From: an uncultured Acidobacteriota bacterium
GTDB taxonomy: Bacteria; Acidobacteriota; JAQAZP01
Length of the DNA stretch: 64,000 nt
Reading direction: 5' to 3'
Assembly (NCBI GenBank): GCA_963836075.1
Contig: CAWIIB010000009.1
Location: 1,440,001-1,504,000, forward strand
The position numbers were made by a program, and so were the translations under genes. Position 1 is the first letter of the stretch, and the number at the start of each line of letters is the position of its first letter. The notes beneath the pieces are model-generated. The model saw only the letters and a list, made by a program, of their open reading frames with translations, did not search any database and was not told where the DNA came from. Below, in pieces: positions 47,613-59,155 of this stretch.

Positions 47613-48442
47613 ACAACCGCCGCACCAGGGGCCTGGTGGACCTGCACCTGCATTCCACCTTTTCCCCCGATGCCAGGGTCACCGTGGAGCAGCACTGCCG
47701 CACCGCCCTGGCGCTGGGCCTGCGCCGCATCGGCTTCAGCGAACACCTGGAGCTGGACCCCGCGGACAAGGGGTACGGCTACTTGAACTACCCGGTGTAC
47801 CTGGCCGAGATCAGGCGCTGCCGGCGCCTGTTCCAGGGGCGGCTGGAGATCACCGCCGGGGTTGAGGTGACCTGGCTCCCCGAGCTGGAACAGCTGATCG
47901 CGGAGACGCTGGCGGCGATGCCCGACCTGGATCACGTGATCGGGTCGGTGCACCTGGTGGAAGGGGGAAACATGACCGACCCCCGCGAGGTGGGCGACTT
48001 TTTCCGCCGCCGCTCAGCTGCCGAGGTCTACGGCCCCTATTTTCAGCTGGTGGGCCAGGCGGCTTCCTGCGGGCTCTTCGACATCCTCGGTCACTTTGAC
48101 GTGGCCAAGAAGTTCGGCGTGACCGAGTATGGCCCCTTTGAATACGGTGAGTGGGCCCACCTGGCCGAACCGGTGCTGCGCCTGGCAGCGGATGCCGGCC
48201 TGGTGCTGGAAATCAACGCCTCGGGCCTGCGCCAGTATCCCGACGAGACCTATCCCACCGTCGAAGCGCTGGACCGGTTCCGCCAGCTGGGCGGGGTGGG
48301 AGTGACCCTCGGTTCGGACGGCCACGTGCGCCGTCACGGCTGCTGGGGTCTGGATACAGCCGCGGCCACGGCCCGGGCCGCCGGGTTCCGCCGGCTGGCG
48401 GTCTTCCTCAACAGGAAACTGAGCTTCTACCCGCTACCCTAA
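47609..48442 (+). CDS. PHP-domain histidinol-phosphatase, HisJ family
   Basis: DLHLHS, GFSEH, GVE, IGSVH, GHFD, EINASG, LGSDGH. Confidence 0.85.
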   Translation: MNNRRTRGLVDLHLHSTFSPDARVTVEQHCRTALALGLRRIGFSEHLELDPADKGYGYLNYPVYLAEIRRCRRLFQGRLEITAGVEVTWLPELEQLIAETLAAMPDLDHVIGSVHLVEGGNMTDPREVGDFFRRRSAAEVYGPYFQLVGQAASCGLFDILGHFDVAKKFGVTEYGPFEYGEWAHLAEPVLRLAADAGLVLEINASGLRQYPDETYPTVEALDRFRQLGGVGVTLGSDGHVRRHGCWGLDTAAATARAAGFRRLAVFLNRKLSFYPLP

Positions 48443-48461
48443 GACGTGACTGTCACCGTTA

Positions 48462-48857
48462 TTAGAGGTCCAGACCCCGGGCTTCGGGGGCGGGGAAGTG
48501 GTCGCGGACCTTCTTGATCCGGTTCTTGCGGTCCACCAGGACGACACGGGGCTGGCGGGAGAGCATTTCCTGCTCTTCCATCCAGGCATAGGAGGCGATG
48601 ATCACCAGGTCGCCGGGGCCGGCCAGGTGGGCCGCGGCGCCGTTGATGCAGACCGTTCCCGATCCGCGCTGGCCCTTGATCACATAGGTCTCGAACCGCG
48701 AGCCGTTGGTGATGTTGTAGACCGCAATCCCCTCGAACTCCTGCAGGTCGGCGGCGTCCATCAACTCCTGGTCCAGGGTCAGGCTGCCCTCGTAGTCGAG
48801 GTCGGCCTCGGTGACCGTGGCCCGGTGCACTTTTGATTTGAGCATAAGTCGAAGCAT
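48462..48857 (-). CDS. panD: Aspartate 1-decarboxylase
   Basis: [18 protein letters not shown] (G-S autocleavage site), [15 protein letters not shown]. Confidence 0.97.
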   Translation of the reverse strand: MLRLMLKSKVHRATVTEADLDYEGSLTLDQELMDAADLQEFEGIAVYNITNGSRFETYVIKGQRGSGTVCINGAAAHLAGPGDLVIIASYAWMEEQEMLSRQPRVVLVDRKNRIKKVRDHFPAPEARGLDL

Positions 48858-48860
48858 GTT

Positions 48861-49732
48861 CTATCCCTCGCCGGTGTCCGGAAGTTCTCCGGCGTCCACA
48901 ATCACATTGTCGATCAGCCGCGTGTTGCCGAGGGTGATGGCGGCGGCCACCAGCACCGTTCCGGAGAGCTGGCGCAGCTCGTCCAGCGTCTCCCAGCCGA
49001 CAGTGGAGATGTAGTCGATCTCCAGGTCCTCGTCAGGCGCGATGATCTCCTTCATCCGGGCCACCACCGGGTCCGTATCGTGCTCTCCGCCCGCGATCAT
49101 CTCCGCCGCGGCCAGGAGGCTCCTGGACAGGCAGAGCGCCCGTTGCCGCTCCTCGGCCGAGAGGTAGCGGTTGCGCGAGCTGAGCGCCAGGCCGTCGGCC
49201 TCGCGCACGATGGGCATCGGCCGGATCTCCACGCCCATGTTCAGGTCACGGACAATGGTCTCCACCACCCGCACCTGCTGGGCATCCTTGAGCCCGAAAT
49301 AGGCGCGGTGGGGCCGGATGATGTTGAACAGCTTGGCCACCACCGTGGCCACGCCGTCGAAATGCCCGGGGCGGCTGGCGCCGCAGAGGTTTTCGGTGAC
49401 CTTCTTCACCCGCACGCTGGTGTGGAAACGGGGCGGGTAGATCTCGTCCGGCTGGGGGAGAAAGAGCAGGTCCACCCCCTCGCTCTGCAGCAGCATGCGG
49501 TCCTGTTCCGGATCGCGGGGGTAGCTCTCGAAATCCTCCTCCGGGCCGAACTGTGTCGGGTTGACAAAGACGCTGGCCACGGAGATGTCGTTCTCCTCGC
49601 CGGAGGCCCGCACCAGGCTGAGGTGCCCCTGGTGCAGGGAACCCATGGTGGGGGTGAACCCCACCGGTTTCCCGCCGTCCGGGTTCAGCTGCTGCAGTGC
49701 GGCCCGGGCCTCTTCAATGGTCGTTGCGATGA

Positions 49733-49736
<4 letters not shown>
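48861..49736 (-). CDS. panC: Pantoate-beta-alanine ligase
   Basis: PTMGSLHQGH, SVFVNPTQF, RPGHFDGV, KDAQQ, GLALSSRN, RLIDN. Confidence 0.97.
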
Positions 49737-50611
<875 letters not shown>

Positions 50612-50660
50612 CGGTGGTCGCTCCTTTTTCTCCCCTCCCGGGCCACCTGGCCACCTGGGG

Positions 50661-50698
50661 TAGAGGGAATCGGGGATCCAAACGATCCAGTCTCTCTA
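50661..50698 (-). promoter_or_regulatory. Interrupted hairpin in the panB leader (candidate pan-motif-like cis element)
   Basis: mRNA UAGAGAGACUGGAUC-GUUUG-GAUCCCCGAUUCCCUCUA, within the 128-nt gap directly before panB. Confidence 0.3.
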
Positions 50699-50739
50699 GG
50701 CTGTGCGGTCGAGGCGCCCGGACCCCGCTGCCGTCCCGG

Positions 50740-51393
50740 TCAGCTGGCTGATCCAAGCGGCAGGTAGTGCCGGGTGCCTTCGGTCATCGTCTCGATCTGA
50801 ACGATCAGGTCGAGCAGTTTGCTGCGGTCCTCCACGAAGTTGACGCCGTCGGTCTGAACCACCAGCAGCGGCGCTTCGGAGTAGTGGGAAAAGAAATAAC
50901 TGTAAGCCCGGTTCAACTCGAGAATGTACTCGTCGCTGATGTCGCTCTCGTAGATCCGATTCCGTTTTTCGATACGCCGGCGCAGTGTCTCGTCCGAGGC
51001 CTGGAGATAGATCACCAGCTCGGGCACCGGCACGCTCTGGGCCAGCATGTTGTAAAGCTTCTCGTAGAGCGCCAGTTCGCTGTCCTCCAGGCTGAGATAG
51101 GCGAAGATCTTGTCCTTCTCGAACAGATAGTCGCAGATCATCATCTGCTGGAAGAGGTCGGACTGGTTCAGCTCGGCCTGCTGCCGGTGGCGGCTGAGCA
51201 GAAAGAAGAGCTGGGCCTGGAACGCGGCGCCCCGCTTGTCCTCGTAGTAGTCCTTTAGAAACGGATTGTCCGATTCGTCCAGAACCACCCGGGCGTCCAG
51301 CTTGGCGGCGAGCAGGTTCACCAGGGTTGTCTTACCCGATCCGATACACCCCTCGACGGCGATGTAGCGGTGCTGAATATTATGCTTAACCAT
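50740..51393 (-). CDS. Deoxynucleoside kinase (dCK/dGK family)
   Basis: YIAVEGCIGSGKTT P-loop, QLFFLLSR, KDKIFA, VIYLQAS, RIEKRNR. Confidence 0.92.
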   Translation of the reverse strand: MVKHNIQHRYIAVEGCIGSGKTTLVNLLAAKLDARVVLDESDNPFLKDYYEDKRGAAFQAQLFFLLSRHRQQAELNQSDLFQQMMICDYLFEKDKIFAYLSLEDSELALYEKLYNMLAQSVPVPELVIYLQASDETLRRRIEKRNRIYESDISDEYILELNRAYSYFFSHYSEAPLLVVQTDGVNFVEDRSKLLDLIVQIETMTEGTRHYLPLGSAS

Positions 51394-51429
51394 TCATTAT
51401 CAACGAATTGAGCGATCTATAAAAAAAGA

Positions 51430-51458
51430 AGTATACCGTTTTTGGGGCCTGATTTCAA
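51430..51458 (-). promoter_or_regulatory. Sigma70 promoter for dNK-panBCD
   Basis: Minus strand TTGAAA (51458-51453), 17 nt, TATACT (51435-51430). Confidence 0.65.
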
Positions 51459-51486
51459 GGTAATGATCAGGGTGGGCCGGAGTGCC

Positions 51487-51516
51487 TTGACAGGGAAACA
51501 ATTTTTCCTTTATTAT
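51487..51516 (+). promoter_or_regulatory. Divergent sigma70 promoter for the FG-GAP gene
   Basis: TTGACA (51487-51492), 18 nt, TATTAT (51511-51516). Confidence 0.55.
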
Positions 51517-51623
51517 TCCCTGTAATCCTACTTATAAAGTAGACAATTTTGGGGTTCGCCTCATCTCGTCCTGGAATGAGGTCGCTCATACCTGAAGTTG
51601 CTTGACGAAGAGGAGCAGGAAAC

Positions 51624-53213
51624 ATGAAGAAATTCAGTCGTTTATATGTCGCTCTGGCCGCTATGTTGCTGGTTGGCGCCTTCACGGTCAGTGAGCCCGT
51701 CACGGCGCTTACCGGAATGGCCTATGACGGCGTCCTGCTGGTGGACGACGCGTCGTTCTACTCCAACTACGGCGAGAGCATCGCTCTCAGCGGCGATTGG
51801 GCCTTTGTCGGCGCGCCCGATGACCAGATCGACGGGATGAACTACATGGGGTCGGTCTATGCCTTTGAAAAGACGGCCACGGGCTGGGTTGAGCGGCAAA
51901 AGCTCACCGCTTCGGACGGTTCGCTCTTTTACACCTTCGGGCACGCGCTTGCCGCCGATGGCCAGCGGCTGGTGGTGGGTGCGCCCAATACCCTGGGCGG
52001 CGGCAACGGTGGTGTCTATGTGTTCGAGTTCGACGGTTCCAGCTGGGTAGAGACTCAGATCCTGTCGGAGACCACCGGCTACAGTGGCGACTGGTTCGGC
52101 TGGTCGGTGGATATTCAGGGCGATCGCATTGCCGTCGGCTCCATGTGGTCCCGGCAGCCGGGCATCTACTGGGGCTCCGCGAACCACGCGGGCGCGGCCT
52201 GGGTTTTCCGCTACAACGGCACAAGCTGGGTCCTGGAACAGGAACTCGGCGCTTCGGATATGGACGGCTACGACCTCTTTGGCGTCTCGGTCGCTCTTGA
52301 CGACACGACGGTCATTGTCGGCGCCCGCGGGGAAGGTGACGACCTTGGCGGCGGAGATGTGCTGGGCTATATCGGAGCGGCCTATGTTTTCGACCTGGTC
52401 GGTGGGGTGTGGACGGAGACTCAAAAACTGCGGGCCAGCAACTTTGAGGAAAACGCCTGGTTTGGTGAAGCGGTGGCTCTGGACGGCGACTGGCTGCTGG
52501 TGGGTTCCCCCGGTAAAACCGGCGGCGGCATTTACGGCAAGGGCGCCTGCTACATGTTTCAGCGGACAGGAGGCGCCTGGGCCGAGACGGCCAAGATCGA
52601 ATCATACGCCACCAACCAGTATGGCCACGCGGTGGCCTTGCATGCCGACCTCGCCGTGATCGCCAGCTTTGGCCGCGATCAGCTGGGCAACGAGCAGGGT
52701 GCGGTTCACCCGCTGCGCCGCGATGGCATTCAGTGGAATCTGGAGCCGGCCATCAACACCGGCAACCTCGGCCCCTGGGACATCTTCGCCCAGGATGTCG
52801 ACCTCGATGGGACGCAGATGGCGACCTGTGCCTATGTGGAGTCGATGCCGCCGCCGAACAGCACGGGCGCTGGTGTTGTCTACGACCTGTCCGAGAGTTT
52901 CCACCTGATGGTCTCGCCGTACCCGCTGGATGTCATCGAGGACGCCAAACTGGAAGTGCGTTTCGGTGCGCCGGATAAAAATACGTGGATGCTTTACTCC
53001 TTGAGCGGCCCGGGCAGCACGCCTGTGCCGGCCCTGGGGGTCACCGTTGACCTGGTGAATCCGCGGCGACTGCTCACACCGTTGCAGACCGATGCCGCCG
53101 GCTACACCAAATGGGAGTTTCCGCTGCCTCCGGGTGCGCAGGGGCGTACCGTCTGGTTCCAGGGCGTGCAGGCGGGCCGGAAAACCAACCTGGTCATGGC
53201 CGAAATTCAGTAA
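51624..53213 (+). CDS. Secreted FG-GAP repeat beta-propeller protein with ~100-aa C-terminal domain
   Basis: Signal peptide; about seven [FY]G.[SA][VI]A[LI].GD...VGAP...G.[AV]Y.F repeats; C-terminal YSLSGPG...TVWFQGVQ segment. Confidence 0.85.
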   Translation: MKKFSRLYVALAAMLLVGAFTVSEPVTALTGMAYDGVLLVDDASFYSNYGESIALSGDWAFVGAPDDQIDGMNYMGSVYAFEKTATGWVERQKLTASDGSLFYTFGHALAADGQRLVVGAPNTLGGGNGGVYVFEFDGSSWVETQILSETTGYSGDWFGWSVDIQGDRIAVGSMWSRQPGIYWGSANHAGAAWVFRYNGTSWVLEQELGASDMDGYDLFGVSVALDDTTVIVGARGEGDDLGGGDVLGYIGAAYVFDLVGGVWTETQKLRASNFEENAWFGEAVALDGDWLLVGSPGKTGGGIYGKGACYMFQRTGGAWAETAKIESYATNQYGHAVALHADLAVIASFGRDQLGNEQGAVHPLRRDGIQWNLEPAINTGNLGPWDIFAQDVDLDGTQMATCAYVESMPPPNSTGAGVVYDLSESFHLMVSPYPLDVIEDAKLEVRFGAPDKNTWMLYSLSGPGSTPVPALGVTVDLVNPRRLLTPLQTDAAGYTKWEFPLPPGAQGRTVWFQGVQAGRKTNLVMAEIQ

Positions 53214-53229
53214 CCATTCGAAGCCCGGT

Positions 53230-53718
53230 TCACCCGATGCGCATGATCAGCGCCGGGTCGTCGCAGTTCTCCAGCAGGTGTGAGACCGTACGGCCCAGCT
53301 GCGGGTGCACGAGGTCCGGGGCCAGCTCGCCCAGCGGCGCGAGGACGAAGCGCCGCAGGTGCAGAGTGGGGTGGGGGACGGTGAGCCGGGGGTCGTCGAT
53401 GGTCAGGTCGCCGTAGAGCAGGATGTCCACGTCGGCGGTGCGGGCCCGGGTGGTGGTGAGACGCTTGCGGCCCATGGCCACCTCAACGTCGAGACAGCGG
53501 TCCAGCAGTTCGAAGGGGCCGAGGATGGTGGCGATCTCCACCGCCGAGTTGACGAACCACTCCGGCCCCGCCCCGTCCACCGGTTCGGTGAGCCAGAGCC
53601 CGGAGGAACGGGTGACCTGCAGGCCGGGCCCCTCCAGCAGCCGGGCCGCCTCCCGCACGTGGTTTGACTTGTTGCCCAGGTTCGAGCCGAGGCTGATGTA
53701 GGCGATGGTTTCCGTCAT
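53230..53718 (-). CDS. folK: 2-amino-4-hydroxy-6-hydroxymethyldihydropteridine diphosphokinase
   Basis: AYISLGSNLG, FVNSAV, RTADVDILLY, LTVPHP...RRFVLAPL. Confidence 0.95.
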   Translation of the reverse strand: MTETIAYISLGSNLGNKSNHVREAARLLEGPGLQVTRSSGLWLTEPVDGAGPEWFVNSAVEIATILGPFELLDRCLDVEVAMGRKRLTTTRARTADVDILLYGDLTIDDPRLTVPHPTLHLRRFVLAPLGELAPDLVHPQLGRTVSHLLENCDDPALIMRIG

Positions 53719-55409
53719 CGTCCGGCCTCCGGCGCCGGGTAGGGGGGCAGCAGCTCCGATCCCCGTTCCGGGATGTCCTTCCCCACCACGAAGTGGTAGA
53801 GGCTCTGGGGCCCGCTGATTTCGTCACTGCCCAGCAGCTTGTGCACCCCGTCATCAAAGTAGCAGCCGATGCCGCAGCCCCTCAGGCCGGCGGCTTCGGC
53901 CTCCAGGTAGAGCACCTGGCCGATCATCCCCGCCTCCTGGTAGAGGCGGCGGTAGACCGGGGCGCCGAAACGCTCCAGGGCCGAATCCAGATTGGCGGTC
54001 ATGCCCAGGCTGAACAGGGCGTTACCGGCCATCTCCTGGCCGCAACTGAGGCCCTGGGCCAGGTCGGTGAGGTCACCGGCCAGATTGAGGAAGAGCGGCA
54101 GCCACTGTGGGCAGCCGGCCGGTTTCTGCCAGTCGAATTCCGGGTTGAGCTCCCGGGCCAGTTCCTGGTGGCCGCCCGGGCGGCGGACCAGGGTGTAGAG
54201 ACCGGGATCCAGCCCCTCCACCCGGTGCACGGTGAGGTGCAGGTCCACCAGCGGCCCGGAGCCGAGGGCGTCCCAGGGGCTGGCGAACCGTGAGGGCAGC
54301 AGACGGCCCAGCATGCGGAAGAACGTGCCGGCATCCATCCTCCCCCGGCGGTCCAGTGCGGTGGCGCTTCTGCGGCGGCGGATGATCTCCAGGGCGGGTG
54401 CGGGGTTACTGTCCGGATCGGATTTTTGTGATTTTTGGGCTTTGGCGGCAGGGCCGGGCTGCGGGACGTCCTCCAGACGGCAGGCATGCTCCACGGTGTC
54501 GATGGCCGGCCACTCGCGGTGCCGTCCGTGCTTCTCCGGGCACGCCGCCTCGCCTTCCCAGTCCCCCTGGGCGATCCGCTCCACCGCCGACTCAGGCAGG
54601 ATCCGGGCCGGCCAGTCTGCCGTCCCGCCCCCGGGAAACACCACGGCCAGCAGCTCCGGGGTCTCGCGCTCGTGGGCCGGGAGGTTCTGCTGACGGTGCA
54701 GGCCAAGGAGACCCAGCATCTGTTCGTGCGGCAGGTCCAGCAACTGCAGCCGCCAGCCCAGGGCGGCGGCGGAGAAGCGCAGGGCGGCCAGGGCGTGGCC
54801 GGCGTCGAGGCGGCAGTAGCGCCAGGCCCGCTCGCCGTATTTCCAGCTGCAGCGCCAGTGGATGGCGGTGATACCAACCAGAAACGCCTCTTCGGGCAGT
54901 TCGGCGGTCAACTGCTCCCAGAGGCCGCTCTCCAGCCGCTGGAGCCGCTCCAGGGCGTGATCCCGGGGCGAGTAGTGGTAGATCGCTGGCGTGTCTTCCA
55001 GGCCGGCCTGTCCGGGCAGAGCCAGGTAGGCCTCCAGGGGGTGCAGGTTGCCGCTGGAGGGATTGATCCGCAGGGCCCAGCAGGCCCCGGACCGCAGTTT
55101 CCAGGCTGACACGGCCAGTGAGTGGTGGAAGAAGCTGGAAACGCTCCCCGGTTCCAGTTCCAGTGGCGGCCGGTGCGGGCCGTACAGGGTGCTATACTCC
55201 GGCCCCTGTTCCGCTCCCCGCGGGTCAAGGGGTATTTTGTGGGTGCCGCTGTAGTTGCGGAATTCCTCGGGCTGGCTGGCCCAGTCCATCCGCCCCGGGC
55301 CGGGGGCAAAGGCGCGGAAGTGGTGTTTGGTCCGCTGGTGATACCAGTGGACGACCTCTTCCCGACTGCTGGTTTCCGGTGGGGGCGGGGGCCCGTTCCT
55401 GCTGCTCAT
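53715..55409 (-). CDS. Two-domain nitroreductase-fold protein (SagB/ThcOx-like)
   Basis: YHQRTKH, LRINPSSGNLHPLEAY, WKYGERAWRY..LDAGH, IRRRRSA, LYLEAEAAG..GCGIGCYFDD; ATGA overlap with folK. Confidence 0.85.
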   Translation of the reverse strand: MSSRNGPPPPPETSSREEVVHWYHQRTKHHFRAFAPGPGRMDWASQPEEFRNYSGTHKIPLDPRGAEQGPEYSTLYGPHRPPLELEPGSVSSFFHHSLAVSAWKLRSGACWALRINPSSGNLHPLEAYLALPGQAGLEDTPAIYHYSPRDHALERLQRLESGLWEQLTAELPEEAFLVGITAIHWRCSWKYGERAWRYCRLDAGHALAALRFSAAALGWRLQLLDLPHEQMLGLLGLHRQQNLPAHERETPELLAVVFPGGGTADWPARILPESAVERIAQGDWEGEAACPEKHGRHREWPAIDTVEHACRLEDVPQPGPAAKAQKSQKSDPDSNPAPALEIIRRRRSATALDRRGRMDAGTFFRMLGRLLPSRFASPWDALGSGPLVDLHLTVHRVEGLDPGLYTLVRRPGGHQELARELNPEFDWQKPAGCPQWLPLFLNLAGDLTDLAQGLSCGQEMAGNALFSLGMTANLDSALERFGAPVYRRLYQEAGMIGQVLYLEAEAAGLRGCGIGCYFDDGVHKLLGSDEISGPQSLYHFVVGKDIPERGSELLPPYPAPEAGR

Positions 55410-55518
55410 GGCCTGTCGGCGGTTCGTGATGCGGCGGCTGGCCTCGCCAGCCCCGGGGGTGACAATTCTCTCTGAGTGCAAAAGGCTATCATTGGCGCCG
55501 GAACAATGCAATTTTGGT

Positions 55519-55547
55519 TTGACAGATCAGGGGCCGTATGGTAAAAG
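55519..55547 (+). promoter_or_regulatory. Probable promoter of the rplU-rpmA-obgE operon
   Basis: TTGACA (55519-55524), 17 nt, TAAAAG with a preceding TG. Confidence 0.45.
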
Positions 55548-55600
55548 AATCCCCTTTCGGCAACACGCTGGCCGTGCAAGAAGGTGAATTGGAGAAAACG

Positions 55601-55912
55601 ATGTACGCCATTATCAATTCCGGCGGCAAACAGTTCCGGGTGGAGGAAGGTGAAACCCTCCGACTGGAAAAGCTGGATGCCCAGCCCGGAGACAAGATCG
55701 AGCTGGACCAGGTCCTCTTTGTCAAGACCGAGGATGGAGTGAAGGTGGGTGCCCCCCTGGTGGAGAACGCCAAGGTCACCGCCACCATTCTCGCCGAAGG
55801 CAAGGGACGCAAGGTCATTATCTTCAAGAAGAAGCGCAGGAAGCAGTACCGCCGCAAGACCGGGCATCGTCAGCTCTACACCGAGGTGCTGGTCGATTCG
55901 ATTACGGTCTGA
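55601..55912 (+). CDS. rplU: 50S ribosomal protein L21
   Basis: [17 protein letters not shown]...[16 protein letters not shown]. Confidence 0.97.
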   Translation: MYAIINSGGKQFRVEEGETLRLEKLDAQPGDKIELDQVLFVKTEDGVKVGAPLVENAKVTATILAEGKGRKVIIFKKKRRKQYRRKTGHRQLYTEVLVDSITV

Positions 55913-55971
55913 TCGTACTGCGGCTGAGCGGCGGCGCCGGCAGGTTGCCGGCGGGGCGCCAGGAGAATCTC

Positions 55972-56232
55972 ATGGCTCACAAAAAGGCGGGAGGAAGCTC
56001 CCGAAACGGCAGGGACAGTAATGCCCAGCGTCTGGGTGTCAAACGCTTCTCGGGTCAGACCGTGAGCGGTGGCTCGATCCTGGTCCGCCAGCGGGGCACC
56101 AGGTTCAAACCAGGAAAGAACGTGGGTCGGGGCAAGGACGACACGTTGTTTGCCAAGATCGGCGGTTTGGTCAAATTCGAGGATAAGGGCCGGCAGGGCC
56201 GTTTCATCAGCGTATATCCCCAGTCTGCCTGA
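55972..56232 (+). CDS. rpmA: 50S ribosomal protein L27
   Basis: [22 protein letters not shown]...RQRGT. Confidence 0.98.
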   Translation: MAHKKAGGSSRNGRDSNAQRLGVKRFSGQTVSGGSILVRQRGTRFKPGKNVGRGKDDTLFAKIGGLVKFEDKGRQGRFISVYPQSA

Positions 56233-57327
<1,095 letters not shown>

Positions 57328-57349
57328 GCGCTGACAGCGCGGGAGGACC

Positions 57350-58000
57350 ATGCTCAAGGTCGGGCTGTTTGGCGGGACATTCGATCCCATACACCGTGGC
57401 CACCTGGAGATGGCCGGCCGGGCCCTCACTGTTTTCGGCCTGGACCGGATCTGGTTCATCCCCTGCAGGATTCCGCCGCACAAGGATGCATCGGGGGTCA
57501 GCGACCCCTATCACCGTTACGCCATGGTGGCGCTGGCCACCCAGGACAACCAGCGCTTCGTGCCTTCAGCCATGGAACTGCGGTCCACGGGCACGTCGTA
57601 CACCATTCGTACGGTGAGCCGGGTCCGTGACCTGCTGGGACCCGGTGCTGAGATATACTTTCTGATGGGCATGGATTCCTGGCGGGAGATCGAGACCTGG
57701 AAGGATTACCGCCGGTTGCTGGACAGCTGCAGCGTCATTTTGCTGCCGCGAGGCGGCAAGGAGGAGCCGGAGACCGCTCCCGCCATCATCGAGGTCCGCG
57801 ATACCGGTGATGGCGACCCGCCGGCCTTGCCCGAGGGGCCGGCCGTGTTCAGCCTGGTGACCGGGGAGGTAACCGTCTCCTCCACCTCGGTCAGGGAAAT
57901 GGCCGTCCAGGGCGAACCGCTCACCGGGCTGGTTCCGGAAAGCGTTGAGCGATATCTGAAGAAACATGATCTGTATGGGAAGACCGCTGCCGGCCTCTGA
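57350..58000 (+). CDS. nadD: Nicotinate-nucleotide adenylyltransferase
   Basis: GLFGGTFDPIHRGH, PPHK, SYTI.T, FLMGMD, VSSTSVR. Confidence 0.95.
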   Translation: MLKVGLFGGTFDPIHRGHLEMAGRALTVFGLDRIWFIPCRIPPHKDASGVSDPYHRYAMVALATQDNQRFVPSAMELRSTGTSYTIRTVSRVRDLLGPGAEIYFLMGMDSWREIETWKDYRRLLDSCSVILLPRGGKEEPETAPAIIEVRDTGDGDPPALPEGPAVFSLVTGEVTVSSTSVREMAVQGEPLTGLVPESVERYLKKHDLYGKTAAGL

Positions 58001-58027
58001 GCCCGCGGCGCGGTCGAGCGAGGTAAC

Positions 58028-58432
58028 GTGCTCGAAAAGAAGATGATCCCCGATGGGGAGACGCAAAAACATCTCCAGTCCGCCAGCCGGGCGGCCGAAG
58101 AGAAACTGGCCAGCAATGTGGCGGTGCTCGACCTGCGGGGGCTGGCATCGTTCACCGATTATTTCCTCATCTGTCACGGCCGGTCGGAGAGGCAGGTCCA
58201 GGCCATTGCCGACCAGGTGATGGACGATCTGAGGGATGAGAAACAGCGCCCCCTGAGCGTGGAAGGGTACCGGTTGGCGGAGTGGATTCTCATCGATTAC
58301 GGTGATTTTGTGGTCCACGTTTTCTCCGAGAGCCGGCGGGAATTTTATGGTCTTGAACGGCTATGGAGTGATGCACCTTTGATCTTCCGGTCGGCGGAAG
58401 GAACAACCCGGGAGGAAGCCTCCTCACCCTGA
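58028..58432 (+). CDS. rsfS: Ribosome silencing factor
   Basis: VLDLR..ASFTDYFLIC.G.SERQV.AIAD, WILIDYGDFVVHVF, REFYGLERLW. Confidence 0.95.
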   Translation: MLEKKMIPDGETQKHLQSASRAAEEKLASNVAVLDLRGLASFTDYFLICHGRSERQVQAIADQVMDDLRDEKQRPLSVEGYRLAEWILIDYGDFVVHVFSESRREFYGLERLWSDAPLIFRSAEGTTREEASSP

Positions 58433-58496
58433 CCCGGGCACTGCGCCCGGGCGAAACAGAGGCCGGTGACGGCCGGGAGTTAGCGGAGAATCAGAC

Positions 58497-59139
58497 ATGG
58501 CAACAAAAAAGAAAGCAGCGAAGAAGGCTGCGCCCAAAAAGGCCGCAGTGAAGAAAACCGCAGCGAAAAAAAAGGTCGTGAAAAAGGCTGCGCCGAAAAA
58601 AGCCGCGGTGAAGAAGAAGGCCGTGAAAAAGGCCGCGCCGAAAAAAGCCGCGGTGAAGAAGAAGGCCGTGAAAAAGGCCGCACCGAAAAAAGCCGCGGTA
58701 AAGAAGAAGGCTGTGGCAAAAAAGGCTGTGGTAAAGAAGGTTGCGCCAAAGAAAAAACCTGCGCGGAAGAAGAAGTCGCAGATGAAGAAGTACGGCCAGG
58801 TACTATTCGGCACTGAGCGAAAAGCGGAAGCACCTCACCGAGGGGCTGAGCAAGAGCAGGTCCGAAGTTCAGAGCCACAGCGCCAACGACGGCATTCGCG
58901 ACTATGCCGACGTGGCCCAGCGGGCCTACACCAAGGAGTTCCTTTACTCGCTCAGCGCCGCGGAACGCCGGCTGCTGCAGCTGGTGGACGAGGCCCGGAC
59001 CCGGATCGAGAACGGCGAGTATGGCTTCTGCGCCAACTGCGGCAATGCCGTGCAGGTGAAGCGGCTCGACGCCATCCCTTGGGCCCGCCACTGCATCCAG
59101 TGCCAGGAACTGTGGGACGAGGGCAAACTGCACGACTGA
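58497..59139 (+). CDS. dksA: DksA/TraR C4-zinc-finger protein with histone H1-like N-terminus (apparent +1 frameshift near 58790-58803)
   Basis: ATG 58497 K/A-rich repeats; from ~58795 the other frame reads ARYYSALSEKRKHL...DYADVA (DxxDxA tip)...YGFCANC...RLDAIPWARHCIQCQE; removing one base gives one 213-aa ORF. Confidence 0.75.
58581..58715 (+). repeat. Three near-identical 45-nt tandem repeats (KKAAPKKAAVKKKAV)
   Basis: AAAAAGGC[TC]GC[GA]CCGAAAAAAGCCGCGGT[GA]AAGAAGAAGGC[CT]GTG x3, with degenerate flanking copies. Confidence 0.9.
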
Positions 59140-59146
59140 AACGATG

Positions 59147-59155
59147 TGATATAAT
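59147..59155 (+). promoter_or_regulatory. Extended -10 element upstream of lapAB
   Basis: TGATATAAT (TGn-TATAAT) just after the dksA stop. Confidence 0.55.

Noticed and set aside
53715-55409. Azole-containing RiPP cluster
   Set aside because: No YcaO, E1-like protein, precursor peptide or dedicated transporter.
58424-58813. Hydrophobic Phe/Ala-rich minus-strand ORF
   Set aside because: Simply the reverse complement of the Lys/Ala repeat.
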